A stretch of DNA of 64,000 bases, taken from assembly GCA_014728015.1 (NCBI GenBank), contig WJMI01000206.1, positions 3,266 to 67,265 of the forward strand. The letters are read 5' to 3'. The notes beneath the pieces are model-generated. The model made no database searches. It was not told where the DNA came from and saw only the letters and a program-made list of their open reading frames with translations. The translations under genes were made by a program, and so were the position numbers. This document shows, one piece after another, positions 26,862 through 35,492 of this stretch. Source of the DNA: Chitinivibrionales bacterium (lineage in GTDB: Bacteria; Fibrobacterota; Chitinivibrionia; Chitinivibrionales; WJMI01). The first letter of the stretch is position 1; each line of letters begins with the position of its first letter.

Positions 26862-28220
26862 ATGAATGAACAGAAAAACCATGCAATGAACGGTAGAGGC
26901 CAGACTGGAAGCATGCTGCGGACAGCCGCCTGCCTTATTGCGGCGACGATTGCCCCCGCGCATGCCGCGCCGCATGACACCGCGGCAGGTCTGGCGCCGT
27001 CGTTTCGCATGAGCGGCGACGTCAGCGCGGAGCTGTCCTACGTGGTGAACAGTTCCGATACGGCACTAGTGCCCGGCAGCTACGAAACGACATACCTTTC
27101 CGGCATGCGAATGAGCTCGCTGACGGGCGTTCTCAGGTTGAACGGTACGTATCAGAAGCTCGATGCCGAAGTGAGTGTCGTGGGGGCCCAATTGATAATG
27201 CCGCCTGATCCCACCAGAAGCACCCAGCGAAGAAACAAGTACAGTTTCAATCGCCTGCTGACTGCCTACGGTGCATACTCGTTCGGCGATGCGGATGCGC
27301 CGCAGGCACGTCTGAGCATCGGCTACTTCCCGTTCAGCTATTCCGGCCAGACCCGATCGCTCGGATCATACCTGTTTCGCAGCGGGACCTATCCCGGCTA
27401 TGTTTTCTCCGGCGACAGTACCGCGTATCTGGCCGGGCTCCACTTCGAGACTTCGCTTCCCGGGATCCTGCGTCACGACCTGTTTCTGACAACCGAGGTC
27501 GAGTGGGATCCGCAATACGATGTGTCACTTTCCTATCTCGCCCGCATCGGGGTCGACAAGCCGTTTGAATTCGATGCCGGCGTTTTCTTCGACCGGCTTG
27601 TCCCTGTGTATTCCTTCAAAACCTCGCCGGAAGAGCTGCCGCATCTTAACGGCACAATTATCGAAGCAGGCGGCGAAGGCGATACCGTGTATTACACCAA
27701 ACAGGGCGTGCGGCTCATGGGTCGCTTCAGGGCTGACCTGAAGCACTTTTTCACAAGCGAGCGCTTCTCGCCGCAGGATCTGGTGGTATACACCGAAGCC
27801 GCCCTTCTTGGGGTCAAGAATTATCCGGGGTTCTATGACGATGTCACCGAGCGGGTGCCGGCCATGATCGGGTTCAATATACCGACCGCCCGGATTCTCG
27901 ATGTTCTTTCCGTCGAGCTCGAATACTATGGCTCGCCGTGGCGCAATGATCCGTCGCACGCGCGGCCGAAACCGTACGAGAACTATGCCTATGAGACTAT
28001 AACATATGCATCGGAAGGCACTGGCTGGCGGGGCACGCGCAACGATTACAAGTGGCACGTGTATGCGCAACGGACGCTGCTTACGCACATTACCGTGAGC
28101 GCGAGAGTCGCCAGCGACCATCTCCGGGGGCTTACCTCGGACGGCAGCATCTATCCCTATGAGAGACTCCACGGATATGACGAGTGGTACTGGTCTATCG
28201 GCGCCCGGGTCTCATTCTAG
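26862..28220 (+). CDS. OM beta-barrel-like protein, paralogue 3 of 3
   Basis: 452 aa. Signal peptide MLRTAACLIAATIAPAHA. GYFPFSY, LGSYLFRSGTYPG, DLVVYTEAALLGVKNYP, ERVPAMIG, VELEYYGSPW. Ends EWYWSIGARVSF. Confidence 0.7.
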   Translation: MNEQKNHAMNGRGQTGSMLRTAACLIAATIAPAHAAPHDTAAGLAPSFRMSGDVSAELSYVVNSSDTALVPGSYETTYLSGMRMSSLTGVLRLNGTYQKLDAEVSVVGAQLIMPPDPTRSTQRRNKYSFNRLLTAYGAYSFGDADAPQARLSIGYFPFSYSGQTRSLGSYLFRSGTYPGYVFSGDSTAYLAGLHFETSLPGILRHDLFLTTEVEWDPQYDVSLSYLARIGVDKPFEFDAGVFFDRLVPVYSFKTSPEELPHLNGTIIEAGGEGDTVYYTKQGVRLMGRFRADLKHFFTSERFSPQDLVVYTEAALLGVKNYPGFYDDVTERVPAMIGFNIPTARILDVLSVELEYYGSPWRNDPSHARPKPYENYAYETITYASEGTGWRGTRNDYKWHVYAQRTLLTHITVSARVASDHLRGLTSDGSIYPYERLHGYDEWYWSIGARVSF

Positions 28221-28236
28221 CAGATTTTCGGTAGAA

Positions 28237-28687
28237 CTATCTGCTCTGCCGTTCCCGCAAGGCAATCAGCTCTTTCATCACGCCGCCCACTGACACGCGC
28301 TGTTTCACGCCGCCGAAACCATCGTGAAGTGCCATGTACAGCCGGTACAGGGAATCGTAGACTTTCCGGTTTTCCGGCGCGGCCCGTATGAAGCGTCTGC
28401 CCGATGAGCAGCCCGGAGAGCTTCGGGTCGACGAGGATAGTCCGGTTGCCGTTGTTCCAGTCAAGCGCCAGCAGTCCTGATTGGCCCGGCCTGAGTCTCG
28501 TAGCCGCGGCAGTGAGCCGGTCATGCATCGATGAATTTCCGCGGCATACTACTGATACGAACCAGTCATAGATGTCGCCCACCGCGGATTGCCCTGCCTC
28601 AATGCCGTAGTATCCCGGAAGAATAGAGCCCTTGACAATGGCGCAGATCCCCGGTATGTCCCGCAGTGTTTTTGACAGAGGGGACAC
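28237..28687 (-). pseudogene. araB: ribulokinase (araB, FGGY family) relic: 5'-truncated, internally deleted and frameshifted
   Basis: ORF 28217..28687 encodes GICAIVKGSILPGYYGIEAGQSAVGDIYDWF...GQSGLLALDWNNGNRTILVDPKLSGLLIGQTLHT, a mid-AraB segment. The overlapping frame (ORF 28237..28524) encodes the AraB C-terminus (PENRKVYDSLYRLYMALHDGFGG...VMKELIAL). The ~330 N-terminal residues and ~130 residues after GQTLHT are missing. Confidence 0.7.
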
Positions 28688-28848
28688 AAGGCAATCACAG
28701 GAAGACGTTCTGATGATTTTTCCTGGAGTAAAGCGCTTGTGTGCGGCAGCGGCGCGTATTGCTCCGCGTACGCTCGTTTCGAGCCCGCGCAGGTCATGCC
28801 GGGTTCATGGCAGGAATGAACCCGGTGAAGGGGTTGCGCGCGAGACAC

Positions 28849-30021
28849 TCACAGATAGTCGCCCAGACACGTGCCGACCAGCATGGCCGCGCGTATCCAC
28901 GGATGATTCATGGGTACGGTTTTTCGTTTTCCGGCAACGCTTTCCAGGGGCACGGCCTTGCAGACACCGCCCCGCATGGCGACCATGACATTGTAGGTGC
29001 CGTCGGCTAGAAGCTCCGCGGCCTTGGTGCCAAGCTGCGTGCACAGGGCCCGGTCGGTCGCGGACGGGATCCCGCCGCGCTGCATGTGCCCCAGCGAGGT
29101 CACGCGTCCCTCGGTGCCCGTGAACTGCTGGAGCTTTCGCGCAAGAGAACTTGCCTTTGACTCCCGCACGAGATGATAGGGCAAATGCTCGGCGTTTGCT
29201 TCTGCCCGACGTTGATCTTTTTTGTGTTTCTTCTTTTCCTTGTTCTTGGCCTTCTTTCCCGACTTCTTCTCGGCGGCAATGTGCGCGGCCTCCTCCTTGG
29301 AAACCGCGCCTTCCGCCACCGCGATTATCGAGAAACGTTTCGCGCTGCGGCGCCGCTCGAGCAGGTGCTCGGCAACCACGTCGAGATCGTAGGGGATTTC
29401 GGGTATCAGAATGACATCGGCGCCACCCGCGATGCCTGCGCCGAGCGTGAGCCAGCCCGCATTGTGACCCATAACCTCGACAACGATAATGCGATGATGG
29501 CTCGTGGCCGTGGTATGCAGCCGATCGATTGCCTCGGTCGCGGTCTTGAGCGCGGTGTCGAACCCGAACGAGACATCAGTTCCAGGGACATCGTTGTCGA
29601 TGGTCTTGGGCAAGGTGACGACGCTCAAGCCGCCTTGCTCGTGCAGGTGCAGGGCGTTCTTCTGGGTGCCGCCCCCGCCGAGACACACGAGGCAGTCGAT
29701 ATGAAGCCGCTTGGCGTTCTGCACGGCCACCGATGTCATGTCCATCTTCTTGCCGCCCATCGGCATCTTATGGATCTTGTCGCGGCTGGTACCGAGGACC
29801 GTGCCGCCTGTCGTGAGAATACCGCTCACCGCGCGGTCTTCAAGCGGAATCGTACGGTTCTCGACCAGTCCCCGAAACCCGTCCATGATGCCGATCACCT
29901 GCATCCCGTATTCGTTCATCGCGGCCTTGGCGATGCCGCGGATAGCGGCGTTCAGGCCCGGGCAGTCGCCGCCGCTGGTGAGTATGCCGATGCACTTGGT
30001 CTTGGATTTCTTTCTTGTCAT
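28849..30021 (-). CDS. pfk: 6-phosphofructokinase (phosphoryl donor not determined) with a Lys-rich insertion
   Basis: [49 protein letters not shown] replaces the usual GGDGS/GGDDS. AGGAG box before ATG 30021. Confidence 0.9.
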   Translation of the reverse strand: MTRKKSKTKCIGILTSGGDCPGLNAAIRGIAKAAMNEYGMQVIGIMDGFRGLVENRTIPLEDRAVSGILTTGGTVLGTSRDKIHKMPMGGKKMDMTSVAVQNAKRLHIDCLVCLGGGGTQKNALHLHEQGGLSVVTLPKTIDNDVPGTDVSFGFDTALKTATEAIDRLHTTATSHHRIIVVEVMGHNAGWLTLGAGIAGGADVILIPEIPYDLDVVAEHLLERRRSAKRFSIIAVAEGAVSKEEAAHIAAEKKSGKKAKNKEKKKHKKDQRRAEANAEHLPYHLVRESKASSLARKLQQFTGTEGRVTSLGHMQRGGIPSATDRALCTQLGTKAAELLADGTYNVMVAMRGGVCKAVPLESVAGKRKTVPMNHPWIRAAMLVGTCLGDYL

Positions 30022-30127
30022 GAATGACTCCTGGGGAACGATGCCAGGGGAGAAGCGCGGCGCATGCTGGAGAACGGAACGGGCTTGTCCGTTCCAACCT
30101 GAAAATATGAAAGACCCGCCGCTGCCG

Positions 30128-32593
30128 CTACCTGTACGTATCGACGAGGGATCGTACCACGAGTCCCTTCCGGAAATCTTTTAACGATACGGGGGCTGCG
30201 TTCCGGGCCGTGATTACGGCCGGCCGGTTGGGATACAGGTGCACGAAATTATCGGCGAATCGCAGCGCGCGGTCACGATGCGAGAGCCATACCCACAGCG
30301 CGGGCTTGCGTGCGGTGAGTGTAACCGCGAACCTACCGTCCCTTGTCCGCTCCGCGCGCATGCGAATGCCCGGCTGGTGCAGGGCCATGCGCTTTGGCCG
30401 GGCGAACAGCACGCAGTCTTGCGACACCACGCGGCTGTCCATTGATAGGCGTATCCACAACAGCACGTTTTCCGGCCCGATCGCGTCGAGATGCTCCTTG
30501 ACGTTGGCCGTGCATACATGCCGACTTCGGCGCGCGCGCACCACTATCGCGCGACGGCCGGAGGCAAGGCGTTTTCCCGCAAGATCCGTGAGGGTCCAGG
30601 TCACCAGGCCGCGCGGGGACGTATTCAGGTCGCTGGTTATCCACAGTGCCGCGCCCCCGGCCGCTGCATCGGGGACAGCCGAGACAAGAGCAGGCGCGAA
30701 GAACCGTCGCGCCGCGTAGTGGAGAGCTTTCCACCTTCCGAAGTAGTCAATCGATGACCAGCTTGCCACCGGCCAGCAGTCATTGAGCTGCCAGTAGAGG
30801 GTCCCCATGCCCCGCGGCATACAGCGTCGCCAGTGCTCGACCGCGTGCTTGATGCCCACGGCCTGCAGTATCTGGCTGGTCCAGAGCAGCATGTCGAACG
30901 ATGTCGGCAGGCGGAACCAGTCGAGCAGGTAATGCATGATTGTTGCATTGCCGGTGCCGCTTCGCTGGTGATGCTCCATGACCGGGCTGGTGACATTTCT
31001 GTCCTCTTTTCGGGTGAAACCGTTGACGGTTGTGGGCCCGGGAAACGACTGGAACCCGAATTCGCTGTTGAACCGGTGCCCGCAGGTGAAATACCACTCA
31101 AACGGCTTCATGCCATGCCACACGTCCCAGAGATGCGCATCGCCGGCGCGCGGGCTGTTGAAATCCTCTCGATCTCGTCCCGGCGTGTGCGGGCTTGATG
31201 GCCAGTAGTCACGCCCGGGATCGAGTTCTTTGACCGCATCGGGAAGCAGGCGGTCGAATATCTTCGCATAGTCTTCCCACTGGGTGCCGCGGCCAAGCCA
31301 CCCGGTTTCTTTCGGGAACAGGCCCATCTCGATTTCGTTGTTGCCGCACCACAGGGCTATGCACGGATGGTGCCGCAGGCGGCGAATCACGCCGCGCGCT
31401 TCGGCATCGACATTGGCGACAAACGCCTTGTCGGACGGGTAGGTTGTGCACGAGAACATGAAATCGTGCCACACGCAGATGCCCATTTCATCGCACGTGT
31501 CGTAAAAGGCATCGTGCTCGTATATGCCGCCGCCCCACAGCCGCAGCATATTCATGTTCGCATCCCTGGCGCTGCCGATAAGGTCGCGATAGCGCGCCGG
31601 AGTCATGCGGGTCACAAATGCATCGCCGGGGATCCAGTTAGCGCCCTTGGCAAAGAACGGAATGCCGTTAATGCCGAACATGAAAGAGCGGCCCCACCGG
31701 TCGGGCTGCTGGATCAGGCGAAGCGTACGCAGCCCGACGCGCTTGCCAATGCTCTCGAGCGCGGCGGACCGGCCCAAACGCAACTCCACGCGGACATTGT
31801 AGAGGTGCTGCCCGCCCATGCCTGACGGCCACCAGAGCCGGGGATTTTGAATTGTGATGCCGCACGAAGCCGTCTTCCCGCGCACGGGAACCGTGCGCCG
31901 GGCCACCTGCTCGTTCCCGTACATGACCGTAATGCGCGCGGCAAGCTGTGCCCGGCGGACGCGCTCGATGCGCGCAGTCACCCGCAGCCGAACCGCCCCG
32001 GTGTGATCATGCTTTTGCGTGACATGCACATCGTCGAGACGCGCGGTGTCGAACGCAACGATTTCGATATCACGCCAGATGCCGCAACTGCCGAGCCGCG
32101 GTCCCCAGTCCCAGCCGAAACTGCAGGGCTCTTTGCGCACGTGCGCAAGCTGAGGCATCCAGCCGTTGACGGGGCGTTTCTTTTTCTGCGTTTCGGCATA
32201 CGGAAGAGGGGATGCGCACGTAATCTCGATGCTGTTTTTGCCCGGCCGCACGTTCGACTTTATGTCGAATTCCCAGACCCGGAACATGTTGTCTGTCCTG
32301 CCGATCGTCCTTCCATTGACCTTGATGCGGGCAAACGTATCAAGACCGCGACAACGAAGGTACACGCGATCGCGCGTGCACGTTTCGGAGGTTACCGTGA
32401 AACGCCGCGACCAGGTCCAGTCGGTCTCGCTGATCCACTGGACCTGTTTTTCGTTATCGCGATAGAACGGATCGTCGATGATACCGGCGTCGAGCAGATC
32501 CGTATGGACGCAGCCGGGGACGGTCGCCGCGATGGGTCGTTTCAGGCCGCTGCGGCGAAGACTCCATTGTCCGTTTAGCGTGATTACCTGCAT
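30128..32593 (-). CDS. GH2 beta-mannosidase
   Basis: ORF 30128..32689 trimmed to ATG 32593, preceded by [18 protein letters not shown]...[23 protein letters not shown]...DWTWSRRF N-terminus and WCGNNE acid/base motif. Confidence 0.9.
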   Translation of the reverse strand: MQVITLNGQWSLRRSGLKRPIAATVPGCVHTDLLDAGIIDDPFYRDNEKQVQWISETDWTWSRRFTVTSETCTRDRVYLRCRGLDTFARIKVNGRTIGRTDNMFRVWEFDIKSNVRPGKNSIEITCASPLPYAETQKKKRPVNGWMPQLAHVRKEPCSFGWDWGPRLGSCGIWRDIEIVAFDTARLDDVHVTQKHDHTGAVRLRVTARIERVRRAQLAARITVMYGNEQVARRTVPVRGKTASCGITIQNPRLWWPSGMGGQHLYNVRVELRLGRSAALESIGKRVGLRTLRLIQQPDRWGRSFMFGINGIPFFAKGANWIPGDAFVTRMTPARYRDLIGSARDANMNMLRLWGGGIYEHDAFYDTCDEMGICVWHDFMFSCTTYPSDKAFVANVDAEARGVIRRLRHHPCIALWCGNNEIEMGLFPKETGWLGRGTQWEDYAKIFDRLLPDAVKELDPGRDYWPSSPHTPGRDREDFNSPRAGDAHLWDVWHGMKPFEWYFTCGHRFNSEFGFQSFPGPTTVNGFTRKEDRNVTSPVMEHHQRSGTGNATIMHYLLDWFRLPTSFDMLLWTSQILQAVGIKHAVEHWRRCMPRGMGTLYWQLNDCWPVASWSSIDYFGRWKALHYAARRFFAPALVSAVPDAAAGGAALWITSDLNTSPRGLVTWTLTDLAGKRLASGRRAIVVRARRSRHVCTANVKEHLDAIGPENVLLWIRLSMDSRVVSQDCVLFARPKRMALHQPGIRMRAERTRDGRFAVTLTARKPALWVWLSHRDRALRFADNFVHLYPNRPAVITARNAAPVSLKDFRKGLVVRSLVDTYR

Positions 32594-32737
32594 GCAACTC
32601 CTCCTGTCGTGCCGGGCCAAATACGAACGTGCAAAATATATCCCCGGTGACAATGCCGCTTTCAAACGGCCGTGCCTGCGATTTACCATTTTTGAACTGT
32701 TGCGCGCGATTCATCGGCAACGTCATGGAGACACTGT

Positions 32738-34861
32738 ATGACCTGCGGCCCGCGTTCAGGAAAAGCAGCCCCTCCCAGTCCGGATGTCCCCGCCGAGATC
32801 CGGGCGGCGCTGGATGCCGGTGATGTCGAGAGTGTCGAGAATGCATTCATGGAGCACCTCGACCAGGCGCCCGCCGATCTCGACTACTTCATCGGTGCAC
32901 TCCGGGGGCTGGCAAAGAAATGGACTTCTCTTGCCGGGACACTTCTCGATTTATTTCTGGAGACACAGGCCGGCGACGACCGGGCCGGCGACCGGCAGTA
33001 CATCGCCCAAAGCTGCCTGCGATTCTGGCCGGAGTGCGCGGTCGCGCGCTCCCTTCTTGTCCAGCATCTTCGATCGTGCTACCCTCACAGCGCGAATTTC
33101 GAAGCGCTCCTGGATCACTGCAAGGTTGCCGACGCGGCCGACCCGCTGGCCGCGCTCGGCATATTCGAAGGCTGGCTTCGCTACGATGAAGGGACCGTTG
33201 TCTTCATGCCGGGGCGGGGAGTAGGCCGTGTGTGCGATGTGAACCTGCAGCTCGAAAAGATCCGGGTCCGGTTTGAAGGGGAGAAGGGGAAGCCAATGTC
33301 GTTTCGCATCGACGAGGCAGTGCGGCTTCTCGAATCACTTCCCGAGGGGCACTTTCTCTACGAAAAGCACGTGCGCCCCGAATCGCTTGCCGCCCTGGCC
33401 GAAAACGAACCCGGCGAGCTCTTTCGGCGGCTCTTCGCGAGCATGGACCGCGCGCTCACCGCCACGGAAATCAAGGAGCTTCTGTCGGGCATTGTCCCGC
33501 CGACGAAATGGAGCGCGTGGTGGAGCAAGTCCCGCCAGGAGCCGCGCCTGGTTGCCGGTACCGGATCGCGGCCTGCTTTTTCATGGAAAGAATCCGCGCA
33601 GGCCGCCGACGAGCAAGTGGCTGAGCAGTTCAGGGCGGCCGGACCTCGCGAGAAGCTTGATATGGTGCGCAAGTACGCCGGCCGGTCGGAAGAATTATCC
33701 ACGACCATGGCGGACGAACTTGGCGCAACCGCGCGGGATGCGCTCGGCCGGCGTCCGGGGCTGGCACTCGAAATCGCGCTGGCGGTCGAAAGCCGGCTGG
33801 CAGGCCGGGGAACAGAGTTTGCATCCTCCGTGGATCTGATCGGCCGTACCGATGCCGGATCATTGATCAGCGACATCCAGGACCGCGCGCTGCGCAGAAA
33901 GGCGATCACCCTTGTCCGGGAACACCGGAACGACTGGCGGGACGTGTATCGCGCGCACGTGCGCGAAGAAACGGACGCGCAGTGCCTCGCATACATGTAC
34001 GAGGCGCTTCGTGATGATAATCCGGCCGACCTGGAGTCGCTGGCAAAGCTGGTGCTTACTACACCGTCAACAGCCCCAGCGTTTTACGTGTGGCTGTGCC
34101 GCGAGCTCACCCGCAGGGAGGAGCTCCGGAGGCATGTAGGTTTCGAGCTGGTGCAGTCGGTGCTCGGGGCGCTCTCAGATCCCGCTCTCAAGGAGTTTCA
34201 CCCCGCCCTGCGCAAGCTCTTCGACCCCGCCGGGTCGGTGCATGTGGCCCTTGGCAGGCTGACGCTGGACCAGGCGCGCGACTTCCTGGCCAGACTCGAT
34301 CGCGGTCCCGGCCTGGAATCATTCCGCCGCGAAGAAATCCGCCGCGACCTTCATTCGACCTACCCGGGTCTGACCGAGACGAGCCGGGACGAGGCTTTTT
34401 ACGCCACACCAGGGGCCGTTCAGGCAAAGCGGGACGAATTCGAGCGTATCGTTAAAAAGGACCTTCCGAAAAACGCCCGGGAGATCAAGAAGGCAAAGGA
34501 ATTCGGCGACCTGAGCGAGAACTTCGAGTATCATGCCGCGCGCGCCCGGCAGGAGCTTCTGTCGTCGCAGGCAAAAACACTCGAAGATCAGCTTGGCCGC
34601 GTGCGCGAAATCGATGCGCGCGCGGTGGACACGTCGGCGGCAAATGTGGGCACGCGGGTTACGCTGGAACCGGCGCCTGACGGGGGCGAGACGATCGCGA
34701 TTACCATCCTGGGCCCCTGGGACTCAGACCCTTCGCGCAATATCATCTCGCATCTTGCGCCGGCCGCCGCAGATCTGCTCGGCGCGCGGGTGGGGGACAC
34801 CCTGACCTACCGCGACGAACAGTTTCGCGTAACACGTATCGACGTGTGGACCGCTGGCTGA
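32738..34861 (+). CDS. greA: GreA-family transcript-cleavage factor with a ~550-aa N-terminal extension
   Basis: The C-terminal ~150 aa carry the GreA coiled-coil tip motif (EFGDLSENFEYHAARARQELL) and the GreA/GreB C-terminal domain (VGTRVTLE...ITILGPWDSDP...ISHLAPAAADLLGARVGD). The upstream 550 aa are unrecognised. Confidence 0.8.
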   Translation: MTCGPRSGKAAPPSPDVPAEIRAALDAGDVESVENAFMEHLDQAPADLDYFIGALRGLAKKWTSLAGTLLDLFLETQAGDDRAGDRQYIAQSCLRFWPECAVARSLLVQHLRSCYPHSANFEALLDHCKVADAADPLAALGIFEGWLRYDEGTVVFMPGRGVGRVCDVNLQLEKIRVRFEGEKGKPMSFRIDEAVRLLESLPEGHFLYEKHVRPESLAALAENEPGELFRRLFASMDRALTATEIKELLSGIVPPTKWSAWWSKSRQEPRLVAGTGSRPAFSWKESAQAADEQVAEQFRAAGPREKLDMVRKYAGRSEELSTTMADELGATARDALGRRPGLALEIALAVESRLAGRGTEFASSVDLIGRTDAGSLISDIQDRALRRKAITLVREHRNDWRDVYRAHVREETDAQCLAYMYEALRDDNPADLESLAKLVLTTPSTAPAFYVWLCRELTRREELRRHVGFELVQSVLGALSDPALKEFHPALRKLFDPAGSVHVALGRLTLDQARDFLARLDRGPGLESFRREEIRRDLHSTYPGLTETSRDEAFYATPGAVQAKRDEFERIVKKDLPKNAREIKKAKEFGDLSENFEYHAARARQELLSSQAKTLEDQLGRVREIDARAVDTSAANVGTRVTLEPAPDGGETIAITILGPWDSDPSRNIISHLAPAAADLLGARVGDTLTYRDEQFRVTRIDVWTAG

Positions 34862-34877
34862 CGGGCAAGGAAAGCGA

Positions 34878-35312
34878 TTAAGGTTTGTCAAGAACCCCGG
34901 GCATGGATTCCACGAAAGCCTTGATCTCATCGCGCACCCGGCGGTAGTGCCCGAGCGCCTCTTCTTCGGAAGCCGCATTCGCCGCAAGGCGCGGGGGATC
35001 GTCAAAACCTTTGTGGATTCGTTTGGTCGGTCCCGGAAAGAACGGGCACGTTTCGTTGGCCCTGTCGCACACCGTCACCACGTAGTCGAACGTAATGCCC
35101 TTCAGCTCGTCGATATGCTTCGACCGATGTCCCGAGATATCGATCCCGACTTCCGCCATCACGTTGACTGCATTTCGATTGAGCCCGTGTGTCTCGATGC
35201 CCGCCGAGTAGGGCTCGATGATATTGCCCCTCAGATGCCGCGCGAACCCCTCGGCCATCTGACTGCGGCATGAGTTGCCGGTGCACAGGAAAAGGATAAT
35301 GAGATGTGGCAT
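34878..35312 (-). CDS. arsC: arsenate reductase, thioredoxin-coupled LMW-PTPase type
   Basis: 144 aa. LCTGNSCRSQMAEG (C-x5-R P-loop) plus the TVCDRANETCP Cys pair. Confidence 0.9.
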   Translation of the reverse strand: MPHLIILFLCTGNSCRSQMAEGFARHLRGNIIEPYSAGIETHGLNRNAVNVMAEVGIDISGHRSKHIDELKGITFDYVVTVCDRANETCPFFPGPTKRIHKGFDDPPRLAANAASEEEALGHYRRVRDEIKAFVESMPGVLDKP

Positions 35313-35492
35313 GCCGGCCCTCTCTCATGACGGTGACGGCATTCTGCGAGAGGTTGTAGTATACCTCACTCCATGGTTGTTGTAAAGAGAAGGCCCTGGC
35401 AAGACCTCTACCGAAGGTCTATCGAGGCAGGACATCGGGCAGCCGGCCCTGCCGGGCGATAGACGATGTATTTGCCGCGGAACCCGGAGTGC

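Noticed and set aside
30071-30090. Hairpin GGAACGG-GCTTGT-CCGTTCC between the beta-mannosidase and pfk genes as a terminator
   Set aside because: The 7-bp stem is real, but on the transcribed (minus) strand it is followed by GTTCTCC rather than a U-tract. It may be a processing or stability element but is not a supported intrinsic terminator.
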